Shown: in pieces, positions 29,388 through 39,553 of the stretch | How positions within the stretch are numbered: the stretch's first letter is position 1 | Layout: each line of letters starts with the position of its first letter | Sequence record: NC_042013.1 | Direction: 5' to 3' (one strand) | Length of the DNA: 64,000 bases | Notes under the pieces: generated by a model | What the model was told of the DNA's origin: nothing | The model's input: the letters and a program-made list of their open reading frames with translations, nothing else | Databases searched by the model: none | Translations under genes and position numbers: made by a program

Positions 29388-29632
29388 GAATTAGCTTTAA
29401 TGATAATCGAATCGCAATGACAACGTTTCGGTTTACAAAAACAAATCAAATCTTTACCACGAAGTGCTGAAACGTCCAATGTAGGCAAAATATTTTGTTC
29501 GAATTTATCGCAAACGTCGTCTCGGTCGCCATCTTTTCCAATAACATATGGGTTACCATATGGTGATCCTCTACCACAATAAATGGCGTCTGAAGGTGCG
29601 GTATTGTGATATTTGTTATGAACTTTAGGCAT
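29384..29632 (-). CDS. DUF4326 family protein
   Basis: YCGRGSPYGNPY...LRGKDLICFCKPKRCHCD. Confidence 0.85.
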   Translation of the reverse strand: MPKVHNKYHNTAPSDAIYCGRGSPYGNPYVIGKDGDRDDVCDKFEQNILPTLDVSALRGKDLICFCKPKRCHCDSIIIKANS

Positions 29633-30029
29633 TTAACACCAGTGCAGCAGTTAGCATATCTTCTTCATTTTCGAATACTAATTCAAAAAATGTCTCAAAG
29701 TACCATTCAACAATTACGTGATAACATACGATATTGAATTGCATATATTGTGAAAGTTTATTGTAAATTTCATCACAAGCAGTTAGAGATTCTATATTTT
29801 CATTAAAACCTTTAATTTTACCAACATATGTCATTGGAAGATTATCAAATTCAAATGTTATAGTTGAAATCTCAACTGTGTACGTTTTAAACGTATCCAA
29901 ATCAATAACACGCTCGTTTGGAAAAAATGACAGACGTTTTCCATCATAAATGAATTCGTCATAATCTTTGCATAATCGTAAATATGGGGCAATTCCTGCC
30001 CCATATCGTTCAATCAACTTCGTTGACAT
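29625..30029 (-). CDS. Paralogue-family protein
   Basis: Ends ELVFENEEDMLTAAL. Confidence 0.65.
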   Translation of the reverse strand: MSTKLIERYGAGIAPYLRLCKDYDEFIYDGKRLSFFPNERVIDLDTFKTYTVEISTITFEFDNLPMTYVGKIKGFNENIESLTACDEIYNKLSQYMQFNIVCYHVIVEWYFETFFELVFENEEDMLTAALVLNA

Positions 30030-30286
30030 TAAAGACGACCACCTGCGTGGAGAATAACTTCAACGTCATCAATAATTTCGCGGGCATCAGCAAGGTTGTT
30101 CTTGAAAGATGCATTAAGCGCCTTAGTGAGAACCGTAGGCTTGATGTCGAGTTCTTCGGCAAGCGCCTTAGTCGCTTCCTTAAGACCTTCCTTAAGGTCT
30201 TCGATACGCTGAAGAATATCAACGCCTTCATCGAGGAACGTGCGAATCTTAACCTTGTCGTTACCGGAGATGTTTGTTAGTGACAT
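30029..30286 (-). CDS. Small dsDNA-binding protein (T4 DsbA / GapR-like)
   Basis: 85 aa helical; IEDLKEGLKE..K...EELDIKP..L.K. Confidence 0.6.
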   Translation of the reverse strand: MSLTNISGNDKVKIRTFLDEGVDILQRIEDLKEGLKEATKALAEELDIKPTVLTKALNASFKNNLADAREIIDDVEVILHAGGRL

Positions 30287-30350
30287 TTTATTTTCCTTTG
30301 TGTTTACTTAACGATTGGAATATAGCAGTTATTGTACGCGGAAGTCAAAA

Positions 30351-32345
30351 TTAAAATTCGGAAAAAGCACTATATGCTTCTTCAGGAGTCATTTTAAGAA
30401 TACCGAGTTCGTTAGCTTTGGTAATCTTGCTACCACCATCATTAACATTAGCGCATACCAAAACGGTCGTTGATTTTGAAACGGAGGAACCAATCTTACC
30501 TCCTTTAGATACCACCAGCTTTTCGAGTTCTTTATCTCTAAATCCGGTCAATACAACAGTCATTCCTTCCATACCATTAGATACTTTAATATCGTCAGTG
30601 TTAAGGATGGTGTAATATCCGTCAATCTGTTCAAGAAATTTTTCAAACTTAGGAAAATTACTAATATATAAACTTGCAGTTTTATCCTCCCAACCTTCAA
30701 CTTCTAAAAGTTCAAGTATGGTTACATCTAATTTTCCATAACGATCAATGATACGTTGTAGTTTCCTTGATCCTAGACCACGACCTAGAGTTTGACTACT
30801 TGCCGCAATAGTTGCCAACGAAACCGGATTCAATTTCTCCTTAATACCTTCATAAACCGAATTTCCGGCTGATTTTCCAATAACAGATTGTAATTCTTCT
30901 CGAGACATTTTAATAATTGACGATATATCATCAATACCTGCTTCGACTAATTTCGAGATACTGGCTTCTTTTAGCTTAGGAACATCTATTCCTGTAAAAA
31001 ATCCAAGTAGTTTCTTTTTTGTTACATCGGTGCTACTTGACGGATCAAGTAATACAAGATCAACTTCACCTTCTGTCCAATAGTAATCTTCTAAATTGTC
31101 TGGTAGATCGGCAATTGTACCCTGAACAACTTTTTCAATGTAAGGGATAACATCACCTGATCGTGTAATATCTACAATTGTACCGGGGCCTATATTGTTT
31201 TTCTTGATATATCCAGCATTAAAACCGGTTGTGAAGGTGATAGTAACTCCACCGAGTTCAACAGGATCAATTTCGATTCGAGGTTTCGCATACCCGTCTT
31301 TGGAAAGATCATAATGAACTCGGATAACCGTTGTTTGTGCTTTATTTTCGGGCGAGCCAAATTTAATCTTAACGGAATGTGCGGCGTTCAATGTTGATGT
31401 TGTCTTAGGTATTGAATTTCGAACGCTTGCGTTATTTGGCGTTAGAACTACACCATCAATTTCATAAATGCTTTCTTTTCTACGGTTAAACAGAATTTCA
31501 GTCAGGACCATATCGTTGATATCTTTTCCATTAATGACAACATACTCAACGACGAGGAATTTCAATGTTCTAACAAATTCCAGATTTTTAATAACGTCAT
31601 GATCATCCCTGTTATTCAAACTTGTTATCACAACATTCACAACATCATAAAAAGATTGGTCAGCCGTTTTAGAATTCATTTTCCCGGCCACATAATTACG
31701 AGGATTTTTATAAAATTTTCCTGTTCGTTTTTCGACTTGTGCCTGATGCTCTTTCCATAATTTAACTGGAATAATTACCTCGGCACGCAATTCAAGACGT
31801 TCTTTTGTTTTGATGGTTTTAGGAACGGATGGGATGTTTCGAAGGTGCCTTGAAATGTCTGCACCATATGTACCGTTTCCACGAGAATATCCTGATACAA
31901 AAACACCATTTTCGTATATCAAACTGGCTGAAATACCGTCGAGCTTATCCTCAATTAGAAACTCTTCATTTACCAATTGATGTTTGAAAATCCATTGTTC
32001 AGTTTCGTTCTCGTATAATTCGGTCAATCCACCCATAATAAATGGTAATTTCTCTTTACCGGTTCTAACGTCTGATCCTGTTTCCATTTTAAATGTTGGA
32101 CAGCGTTCTCTAAAAAATCGTTCCAGAGAATTGTAAACCTCGTCGTCCATAATTGGCTCAGCGCGAGAATATGGAACACTAATAGTATTACCATTAATCA
32201 TTATTGAAAAAAGGTCGGTGGTTTCGGAATCATCTATATTGAAATAAATGTCCGATGCCAAATCAATAAGGCGTTGGACATCGGTATCATTAACATCATG
32301 ATCGCCAGAAATAATATGTAGAGCTATTTCTTGTAGGTTGAACAT
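30351..32345 (-). CDS. ligA: NAD+-dependent DNA ligase
   Basis: EDKLDG, SRGNG, RAEV, NPRN, DGVV, KIKF, RSGDVIP, HhH repeats, C-terminal BRCT. Confidence 0.95.
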   Translation of the reverse strand: MFNLQEIALHIISGDHDVNDTDVQRLIDLASDIYFNIDDSETTDLFSIMINGNTISVPYSRAEPIMDDEVYNSLERFFRERCPTFKMETGSDVRTGKEKLPFIMGGLTELYENETEQWIFKHQLVNEEFLIEDKLDGISASLIYENGVFVSGYSRGNGTYGADISRHLRNIPSVPKTIKTKERLELRAEVIIPVKLWKEHQAQVEKRTGKFYKNPRNYVAGKMNSKTADQSFYDVVNVVITSLNNRDDHDVIKNLEFVRTLKFLVVEYVVINGKDINDMVLTEILFNRRKESIYEIDGVVLTPNNASVRNSIPKTTSTLNAAHSVKIKFGSPENKAQTTVIRVHYDLSKDGYAKPRIEIDPVELGGVTITFTTGFNAGYIKKNNIGPGTIVDITRSGDVIPYIEKVVQGTIADLPDNLEDYYWTEGEVDLVLLDPSSSTDVTKKKLLGFFTGIDVPKLKEASISKLVEAGIDDISSIIKMSREELQSVIGKSAGNSVYEGIKEKLNPVSLATIAASSQTLGRGLGSRKLQRIIDRYGKLDVTILELLEVEGWEDKTASLYISNFPKFEKFLEQIDGYYTILNTDDIKVSNGMEGMTVVLTGFRDKELEKLVVSKGGKIGSSVSKSTTVLVCANVNDGGSKITKANELGILKMTPEEAYSAFSEF

Positions 32346-32403
32346 AATACGGTTTCCAGTTATGCAAAACCGTATTATAACATTAGAACCCGTGGCCGGT
32401 CAA
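32346..32403 (-). promoter_or_regulatory. sigma70-like promoter with an RBS-region hairpin (ligA)
   Basis: TTGACC-N18-TATAAT; AATACGGTTT 32346-32355 / AAACCGTATT 32367-32376 directly before ATG. Confidence 0.75.
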
Positions 32404-32796
32404 TTTTTTAAGAACGCTTGTAATAACATCCATTGGTACTTCTTCGTGTAATTTCTTCTGAAGAATTTTTCTATAAAACAAATTCCAATCTTCGTCAGGC
32501 GCTTGCATTGCCGCTTCACGTACCAATGTTTTTGCCTCATCCTCTTCAATGTCAATCTGCGTTACCGTATCAAACAATGTTAAGAAATCATCAAAATCCC
32601 ATTCGGTAGGATCGGAACCGTCAGGGGTGATAGCAGGAATTTTACTTACCTTTGGAATAGCATCATTAGAACTCAAGTCGAGTCCAACAAAGAAAATAGA
32701 ACATTTAGTCCAAGCGTCATTAACGATTTGTTCTTGAAGAGTTCGGTCTTTCGTGTTGGTCAGATACTTCACAATTCTACCCGGTCTCATGATCAA
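32383..32796 (-). CDS. Hypothetical protein
   Basis: ORF; WNLFYRKILQK. Confidence 0.65.
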   Translation of the reverse strand: MIMRPGRIVKYLTNTKDRTLQEQIVNDAWTKCSIFFVGLDLSSNDAIPKVSKIPAITPDGSDPTEWDFDDFLTLFDTVTQIDIEEDEAKTLVREAAMQAPDEDWNLFYRKILQKKLHEEVPMDVITSVLKKLTGHGF

Positions 32797-33446
32797 TCCT
32801 TGAAATTTTTAAAAGTTTTTCTATTATCATATTTGGTCAATATAACATCGAGTGTTTCATTAGGAATGATGCTATATCCATACGATTCTATAATAGATAA
32901 TATTTCTTTTGGAAGCCTATAGTCAATATATTTTGAATTTGTTGGCAACTCTTTCCAATCTTTAATCATTGGTGATTGTTTTTCAAACGGATTATATGTA
33001 ACACCATATTGCCATCCATTATTAGATTTTTCATCTTTCCAATTATTATGTTGTATCTTGGCGATTTCTTCTGCAAATTTAGAATTTTGTTCGTCAGTAA
33101 TTAGCTGTGAAAAACGGGGTAATTGGCGTGATGACTGTGACCCAACCTCGCTTGTATTAATTTCGAAATGCTCACCATCAGGAGATACAACATATTTGGT
33201 TATGGTGTTAAATTCATCGTCAGTTAGATTTCTAATTAATGGAATTATATATTTGTGCTTTCCAGCAGTTGTTTTTCGATGAATTAGTTTTGTATTTTTA
33301 ACACCAACACTCTGGCGAATGCTCCCAATAGACGACGTTAAACCTTCAGGCAAAAGGTTGGTTACGGTTTCCAACCATCCTTTGATATCCTCTCTTGATA
33401 AAGGGGTGTCTGTTACAAGCTCAACGTAATGTGCTAATTCGGTCAT
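32793..33446 (-). CDS. RyR-domain-containing protein
   Basis: AEEIAKIQHNNWKDEK...GWQYG..Y....KQSPMIKDWKELP. Confidence 0.75.
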   Translation of the reverse strand: MTELAHYVELVTDTPLSREDIKGWLETVTNLLPEGLTSSIGSIRQSVGVKNTKLIHRKTTAGKHKYIIPLIRNLTDDEFNTITKYVVSPDGEHFEINTSEVGSQSSRQLPRFSQLITDEQNSKFAEEIAKIQHNNWKDEKSNNGWQYGVTYNPFEKQSPMIKDWKELPTNSKYIDYRLPKEILSIIESYGYSIIPNETLDVILTKYDNRKTFKNFKD

Positions 33447-33830
33447 TCATCGTCTCCTTGAATCGATGTCGCCTTCTGGCGTGTCATATTCCTCATATTT
33501 ATTATAAGCTTCGAAACGGTCACGGCTCAAGCCACGCCACGCCGTTGCACCAAGAATTGCACCAAATGCAAGATGAAACATTCCAGAACCCTTAAGTGTT
33601 AACGGTTCCCAAGCAGCCAACGAAAGATTCAAAACTACTATTTGGCTATCTGCTGGCAAATCTTTAATGGACATAACGATGTCGCTTAATGTTGGTGCAG
33701 AAGACGTATAATACAATGGTAGGAGAATAAAATCAAAAATACAAATAGCAAGATAAACTATCGCCGCAGCGGGACGCCAGTAAATACCAAGCCATGAATC
33801 TTCTTTTTTGGATTCAGGAATAGGACTCAT
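33447..33830 (-). CDS. Putative holin / small multi-TM protein
   Basis: WRPAAAIVYLAICIFDFILLP and FHLAFGAILGATAW helices; charged C-terminal tail. Confidence 0.55.
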   Translation of the reverse strand: MSPIPESKKEDSWLGIYWRPAAAIVYLAICIFDFILLPLYYTSSAPTLSDIVMSIKDLPADSQIVVLNLSLAAWEPLTLKGSGMFHLAFGAILGATAWRGLSRDRFEAYNKYEEYDTPEGDIDSRRR

Positions 33831-33833
33831 TAT

Positions 33834-33878
33834 AAAACCTCGGAAAAAACACTATATACGTATTTATTCCGAGGTTTT
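33834..33878 (-). promoter_or_regulatory. TAAATA late promoter inside a 12-bp RBS-occluding hairpin (holin candidate)
   Basis: AAAACCTCGGAA 33834-33845 / TTCCGAGGTTTT 33867-33878; TATTTA 33861-33866. Confidence 0.8.
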
Positions 33879-33884
33879 TATTTA

Positions 33885-34988
33885 TTAAATAATATTCCAA
33901 GTAGTTCCATCAAAGATGATGGTAACGCTTGCGTAATTTTCCTGAATTACTAAGTTTGACTGACCATCGATCAAGTCTACTGAGCTAATTGTTAAAGAAA
34001 AGTCTTCACTTATACCTTTACCATCTTTAACAATAATACGGCGTCCGTTAAGTTGGCCAGTAGGAATTGTTACGGATACAGGCTGATCGATTGTTGGTCT
34101 TGAAATAATAATAGAATCATCTTCACCAACTGTTGCGTTATCAGTAATAACGGTTACAGTTTCATTTGTACCAATTGCAGAATCTACATAAATTTTTGTT
34201 ACAAGAGCAAAATCATCAACTGGCGTATAATCGGTCGTTGCCAAGATTTGGCCGGTCGTGTCATCTGCGGTGTTCTTACCAACCTCGAGAACAATGTCAC
34301 CCGGTAATGCAGCAGCAACGTCAGAGTCACTTCCTGAAATAACGAGATTTACAGGATCGGTTGTCGACGTATTATTACCTACTTTAATCGTTAGTGATTC
34401 GTTTTCTGGCGTTTCAATAATAGAATCGCCCTCACCCATAATTGAAACTTTACCGCCTTCGCGGGGGGAAAGAAGGATGCTATCACCAACAAGATTAAAT
34501 GGACTACCTACATCGGCTTCAATAGTAGGAACGCCATCCGTATCTATTAAGACAGAACCGTCACCTTTAGGTTTCAAGATAAGATCGGCATTAGCGTTTT
34601 CACTTTCAGCCGCAATGATTGGTGTTTTATCGATGTCTCTCGGATAGATAACAATTACACTTTCGCCGCCTGTGGCAAATGTTATTTTATCTGGATTAAT
34701 CTGCGTATCAACCCACGTTTCGCCATCCTCGCTTACGATTCGATAACTGTCAGAACCGACTTTTTTCCAATCAGTTCCATCAAACACAACCAATGATAAT
34801 TCGTCGGTTTCGAAACGAATCATTCCCTCTACAGGAGAATTTGGTCTATCTGCTACCGTACCACTTGGGATACCTACACCGCCATTGTATTCGTTGGACC
34901 AGACGATATCTGTTCCATTGAAAACAACTAAATCGCCTGCACTTCCGCCAGTGGGTTTAGTAATCTGTTTAAGCTTTAGCAAAGCCAT
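33885..34988 (-). CDS. Virion structural / tail-fibre-associated protein
   Basis: IPSGTVADRP..P.EGMIRF fibre motif; C-terminal IIVKDG..G...N...S.T..FDG..W. Confidence 0.65.
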   Translation of the reverse strand: MALLKLKQITKPTGGSAGDLVVFNGTDIVWSNEYNGGVGIPSGTVADRPNSPVEGMIRFETDELSLVVFDGTDWKKVGSDSYRIVSEDGETWVDTQINPDKITFATGGESVIVIYPRDIDKTPIIAAESENANADLILKPKGDGSVLIDTDGVPTIEADVGSPFNLVGDSILLSPREGGKVSIMGEGDSIIETPENESLTIKVGNNTSTTDPVNLVISGSDSDVAAALPGDIVLEVGKNTADDTTGQILATTDYTPVDDFALVTKIYVDSAIGTNETVTVITDNATVGEDDSIIISRPTIDQPVSVTIPTGQLNGRRIIVKDGKGISEDFSLTISSVDLIDGQSNLVIQENYASVTIIFDGTTWNII

Positions 34989-34999
34989 CTATATTCCCC

Positions 35000-36043
35000 T
35001 TATCGATTTACGAAAACTACCACTTCATCTTCTGAGTCAACCGAATAACCGAGACTTGGAAGAATTGTGAACACGCCGGTCGTTTTATCATATGTAAATT
35101 CATCTGCTGAGATACCATTAACAGTATAATTTGAAACGTTTTTGAAAGATGTTCCAATATTATATTCAGTTGTACCGTTAACAATAGTAAGTTCGATTGA
35201 ATCAATTTCACTGTGTTCATCATTTATTGTATTTAAAACAAATGCTGTATGGTCATTTCCAAGACGAATATAGACTGGATATGCATTATATTCTGGTGCA
35301 ATTTTAGTAACTTTACCGGGATTTTCATTATCCAAATAAAATACGTCTCCATATTCACCTTCTAATGTATGATGAACAGTATCAGAATATGAACCAAACG
35401 GTTTAATAGAAAACCAGCCGCCACCGGGAACATTAATGCTATTAACAATACCAACTGTAAAACGCGTATTAGCCGATTTTACAAATTTACCGTCTTCGAT
35501 TGCAACAAGATCGCCAATCTCAAATGTATTTTCGTCATCCTTGAATGTAATAACATCAAGTATGTAGTTGATTGCAGCAAGTCTACTTTTAATTTTATCG
35601 ATTGCGGTGTATGAAACTTCACCATCTGGTATTGCGTTGAACAACGGTAAACCATTCATATTCGATACCTCAAATATAAATATAGTTGATGACGTTAACC
35701 CGCCAAACCCACTAATGTTTGGATCACTAAAGGTGTTGTATCTGTCCACATCTTCTACAATAAATTCTATTTCTGAATCAGTAGATGATATTATTTCTTT
35801 TATTTGTAAAGCATTACCAGAAATATCAGTTATCCAAAACCCAACGGTTATTGAAGTTGCGTCGTATGTAAATGGGATAGGGGTCTCATCCGAACTATGA
35901 AGCATCGGCTGAACGGTAGCAATTATTTTCCATTGATAAGGCATACCCTCCCAAATACCGGGCATAATTGGATCAGTCCAAAACCCATATTCCTCAACGG
36001 AGGTTGTAACTGCTTTTAACATAACTGACGGTTTATATGACAT
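35000..36043 (-). CDS. Putative virion structural protein
   Basis: Located in fibre cluster; beta-rich. Confidence 0.6.
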   Translation of the reverse strand: MSYKPSVMLKAVTTSVEEYGFWTDPIMPGIWEGMPYQWKIIATVQPMLHSSDETPIPFTYDATSITVGFWITDISGNALQIKEIISSTDSEIEFIVEDVDRYNTFSDPNISGFGGLTSSTIFIFEVSNMNGLPLFNAIPDGEVSYTAIDKIKSRLAAINYILDVITFKDDENTFEIGDLVAIEDGKFVKSANTRFTVGIVNSINVPGGGWFSIKPFGSYSDTVHHTLEGEYGDVFYLDNENPGKVTKIAPEYNAYPVYIRLGNDHTAFVLNTINDEHSEIDSIELTIVNGTTEYNIGTSFKNVSNYTVNGISADEFTYDKTTGVFTILPSLGYSVDSEDEVVVFVNR

Positions 36044-36066
36044 GGTAATTTCCTATTGACGAGAAG

Positions 36067-36098
36067 ATTACCGGGGATAGAACATTATCCCCGGTAAT
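36067..36098. terminator. 13-bp GC-rich hairpin (terminator or RNA stability element)
   Basis: ATTACCGGGGATA / TATCCCCGGTAAT; no U-tract in the minus (coding) sense. Confidence 0.55.
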
Positions 36099-36104
36099 TT
36101 TGTA

Positions 36105-37937
36105 TTAGAACGTAATATAAACGTACATATGAGAACCACCTGCTATACCAGCAGAAGAAGTTCCAATAGTTGAAATTTCAATGGTACTTGTATCCGGCTG
36201 ATTCATAGGAGCCACCGCGCCAGTAACACGAGAAACATATTTGTTATTCGCTGTCCAACCGAGAGTAAAGAAGTATTGACCAAAACGTCCAACATCGTGC
36301 GTGATGCTCAATGCGTTGTTCCCCGTTTTAGTAATAGTCCAACCTGTAGGAATTTCTTCAAATGAACCAATTTCTGTACCAGAAAGATTCAAACGGAAAC
36401 GGTAAGAAAGAGGAATCCACGCATCTGGAGGAACAACCGGCCCGCTTGATGGAGTCTGCCAAGTTGCAGCACCATCAGCATTAGATGTTTTAGTCAATAC
36501 CTGACCTGTTGTACCACCGGGAGGAACACCATCACCACCAGATTGATCAACCCATTCGACATCACCATCAGTATCCGATGATTTAGCAAGAACCTGACCG
36601 GTCGTACCACCGGGAGGAACACCCTCGCCGTCTGCACCCGCTGGACCTACTGGACCTTGGATACCTTGCTCGCCTTGTGGGCCGATAGGGCCTTGTTCAC
36701 CATCAACACCGTCACGACCATCAGCACCTGCTGGACCAACTGGACCTTGTGGACCGGTCAAACGACCACCAAATACGAACTCCGTTCCATTCCATACGTA
36801 AAGGTCACCGTTAACTGAATATGCATCGCCTTCAACATTTCCCGTTGTAGGCAAATCTGCAACATCATCAACTGCGCCCTTTAACAGAATACCGTCGCCC
36901 TTGTCACCTTTGTCGCCCTTGTCGCCTTTTTCGCCCTGAATACCCTGTACGCCCTGAATACCTTGTGGGCCTTCTGCGCCTTGTGGGCCTTCTGCGCCAT
37001 CTGCACCATTTGCGCCTGCTGGTCCTTGTGGACCAATTGGGCCAGCAACACCAACAACAGGACCGATATCATCCCAAACACCAGTTGCAGCATCATAATG
37101 AATAAGGTGACCGCCCATATCACCCGCAATACCAGCCGGTTGCTGATTATCTGTTCTATCATCACCACCAGCGATAACCAAGAAATTCCAATCAACGTTT
37201 GCTGCTTCAATTGCAGTAATAACGCTTTCATCAAAAATACCATATTGATCAGGAACCATACCTGCACCGGGAGCGCCTTGTGGTCCGGTTGATCCCTGAA
37301 CACCTGCTACACCTTGTGGACCGGCAGGACCAACATCACCCTGTGGGCCAGCAGGACCAATAGAACCCTGAACGCCTTGGATACCCTGTGGTCCAACATC
37401 ACCGGTGTCGCCCTTAATGCCTTGTGGACCAATCGGGCCAGCAACACCCTGTGGGCCGGTAGGGCCGGGTGCGCCAGCAACACCTTGTTCACCTTGAATA
37501 CCCTGAATACCTTGGATACCCTGTGGGCCTTGGATGCCTTGTGGACCTTGTTCGCCAACTTCACCCTTAATGTTTAATTTAAACAGCCAAGTGCCATTTT
37601 CTTTACGGTAAATGTCTGCGGTTTCTTGATCAATGTACATGTCACCATTGACACCGAGTGTTGCAGAAGGTACGCCATTTCCAGCAAACCATTTTGCTCC
37701 GTCGCCGCCACCTGCGCCGCCCTCGACGGAAATTTCAATAACTTCGCCGGGTGTTACAGGAGAACGATCAGCATCAACTAATGTAAATTTAATACCCTCG
37801 CCTGCAACAAGACCACGAAGTACCATAATACCGCGCTGAACGTCTACTGAGTCAATAAGCGTAACGGAATCTGGTCCGTCCGCGATAGTTGTACCGAATT
37901 TTTGCATTCCTTCGGGACGTGAAGTTTTATAAGCCAT
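36105..37937 (-). CDS. Collagen-like (Gly-X-Y) tail-fibre protein
   Basis: Three GXY runs ([12 protein letters not shown]); duplicated [12 protein letters not shown] module; start ATG 37937. Confidence 0.85.
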   Translation of the reverse strand: MAYKTSRPEGMQKFGTTIADGPDSVTLIDSVDVQRGIMVLRGLVAGEGIKFTLVDADRSPVTPGEVIEISVEGGAGGGDGAKWFAGNGVPSATLGVNGDMYIDQETADIYRKENGTWLFKLNIKGEVGEQGPQGIQGPQGIQGIQGIQGEQGVAGAPGPTGPQGVAGPIGPQGIKGDTGDVGPQGIQGVQGSIGPAGPQGDVGPAGPQGVAGVQGSTGPQGAPGAGMVPDQYGIFDESVITAIEAANVDWNFLVIAGGDDRTDNQQPAGIAGDMGGHLIHYDAATGVWDDIGPVVGVAGPIGPQGPAGANGADGAEGPQGAEGPQGIQGVQGIQGEKGDKGDKGDKGDGILLKGAVDDVADLPTTGNVEGDAYSVNGDLYVWNGTEFVFGGRLTGPQGPVGPAGADGRDGVDGEQGPIGPQGEQGIQGPVGPAGADGEGVPPGGTTGQVLAKSSDTDGDVEWVDQSGGDGVPPGGTTGQVLTKTSNADGAATWQTPSSGPVVPPDAWIPLSYRFRLNLSGTEIGSFEEIPTGWTITKTGNNALSITHDVGRFGQYFFTLGWTANNKYVSRVTGAVAPMNQPDTSTIEISTIGTSSAGIAGGSHMYVYITF

Positions 37938-38058
37938 TATGCTAAATCTCCTGTTATACATGAGTATTTATTAAAAATACATACTAATTAGGTTATCATT
38001 CACTACAGCGAATGATTCTTCTATTGTTAGTATTTAGGGAAAAAACCAAATTAGAAAA

Positions 38059-38084
38059 AAGGGTCTGAACAATTTCAGACCCTT
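38059..38084 (-). terminator. Intrinsic terminator
   Basis: AAGGGTCTGAA / TTCAGACCCTT followed by T-run on the minus strand. Confidence 0.8.
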
Positions 38085-38089
38085 ATTTA

Positions 38090-38422
38090 TTATACAATTC
38101 TATCTTCAAAACCGTATGCCATTGCCGACACCCCCGGTAAATTAGATTTAATAAAAATTGAATATGTGCTTTCAACAGCAAGTCCCGGTACGTAAAATAC
38201 GTCATCAGGCCATAATTGAAGATCATAGAAAAAATAATCATTTGTATTCGCGTCAGCAACAACCGGGCTATGAGTATACAACATCGATATAAAACGTATT
38301 TCGTCCGTTCTATTTACGAATGAAATTGTCGCACACGTATCAAAATCAAGCTTTGCGGTAAATAAGTGTTTCCATTCATCAGCAACATCAAGCGATATTG
38401 CACCAAAACGTTTAGCAGCCAT
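38090..38422 (-). CDS. Hypothetical (probable structural) protein
   Basis: ORF; beta-rich, AYGFE end. Confidence 0.65.
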   Translation of the reverse strand: MAAKRFGAISLDVADEWKHLFTAKLDFDTCATISFVNRTDEIRFISMLYTHSPVVADANTNDYFFYDLQLWPDDVFYVPGLAVESTYSIFIKSNLPGVSAMAYGFEDRIV

Positions 38423-38597
38423 TTGTAAGTCCCCTATTATTTCTTCTCATTTCTTTGTCTGCACCATTCATTAACTTGAAATATCTAAATGCAGAATTGT
38501 CTGGTTTTCTAATTACAACAGGAGGAAAACAACTGTCATCAGGCGGGTTTACCGGATTAGGTCCAGTGGTATCTATATTGTCAGCGTAAATTGCCAT
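38412..38597 (-). CDS. Small hypothetical protein
   Basis: GGGAG RBS; coupled ORF. Confidence 0.5.
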   Translation of the reverse strand: MAIYADNIDTTGPNPVNPPDDSCFPPVVIRKPDNSAFRYFKLMNGADKEMRRNNRGLTNGC

Positions 38598-38599
38598 TG

Positions 38600-39016
38600 T
38601 TATCTCCCAAGAATGATTTTACGAACGCTGCCATACTGCCCATCGTAAATTCCGCTATATTCATCTGTATTTGGTAGATAACTTCTATCAACAACCGCAC
38701 GAATCCAAAGAGCGTTTACTTTGAATGATACACCCATAACACGGGTGTCACCGCCCATATAACCGGTTGGGTCGCTTGGGAACAATGGAAATTGTATATA
38801 TTTCGTATCGTGACGAAGGTTTACCTTAACCCAATCTTCTTCCGTTGGTGAATCAGCAAGGCTCACCTCAATATAAACTCTACCGGAAAAATTTTGAACG
38901 TGAATACTAATCGTATGTAGGCCGTCAGAATATCCATACCAACCATCTGCCTGAAATGCTTCTCCGGTCACGTTGAGGCGGTCATTGGTATCATCTAATA
39001 TGGTGACAGAAGGCAT
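38600..39016 (-). CDS. Hypothetical protein (late)
   Basis: ADGWYGYSDGLHT...F.G...IE.SL. Confidence 0.75.
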   Translation of the reverse strand: MPSVTILDDTNDRLNVTGEAFQADGWYGYSDGLHTISIHVQNFSGRVYIEVSLADSPTEEDWVKVNLRHDTKYIQFPLFPSDPTGYMGGDTRVMGVSFKVNALWIRAVVDRSYLPNTDEYSGIYDGQYGSVRKIILGR

Positions 39017-39017
39017 A

Positions 39018-39075
39018 AAAAATCTCCAAGTACAAGTAAGGCTATATACCTATTTACTTATACAAGGAGATTTTT
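39018..39075 (-). promoter_or_regulatory. TAAATA late promoter inside an RBS-occluding hairpin
   Basis: AAAAATCTCC 39018-39027 / GGAGATTTTT 39066-39075; inner AAGTAA / TTACTT; TATTTA 39051-39056. Confidence 0.75.
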
Positions 39076-39077
39076 GA

Positions 39078-39437
39078 TTAGCCATTCAATAGAGCTAATT
39101 CGGCCTTTGATTTTCTTCCACGCTTTTTTGTGGTGTATACGATTGGCTCGCCATTTGCATCAATATCATACGATGCTGCAAATCTAATAGGACACATCCC
39201 GTCAATTTCTATAACTGTGTCTGACCTAAGCCCCATACGTTGACCGTCTTCTGTTGAAATAAGATCAAAATAATATGAACCATTTCGCATTAAAAATCCA
39301 TTTAGTGTAAAGATTTCTCGTGCATATGAAGTTGGCATACCGTCAATACCCGGTGTTTTAAACTTCGCAGTTATTTCCATTCCTTCGGTAATTAATCCTT
39401 TTTCGATCAATACTTTAGCTAGTTTTTTGTTCATCAT
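39078..39437 (-). CDS. Hypothetical protein
   Basis: Start MMNKK; IDGM.P.R; basic tail KKRGRK. Confidence 0.7.
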   Translation of the reverse strand: MMNKKLAKVLIEKGLITEGMEITAKFKTPGIDGMPTSYAREIFTLNGFLMRNGSYYFDLISTEDGQRMGLRSDTVIEIDGMCPIRFAASYDIDANGEPIVYTTKKRGRKSKAELALLNG

Positions 39438-39521
39438 AATTGAGGACTCCGTTAAGTACGATCTAACGTCCGTCAATTATAAGTGTCTTTTTATAACTCG
39501 CTGAATTTCAAAGGCAAACGG

Positions 39522-39544
39522 TAAGGGGGATATTCTCCCCCTTA
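39522..39544. terminator. Terminator-like hairpin after clpA
   Basis: TAAGGGGGA-TATTC-TCCCCCTTA. Confidence 0.7.
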
Positions 39545-39553
39545 TTTCTGTAA

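Noticed and set aside
36421-37560. Dense direct repeats resembling a CRISPR array or DGR template
   Set aside because: They are Gly-X-Y collagen codons within one ORF; no constant repeat-spacer periodicity and no RT or cas genes
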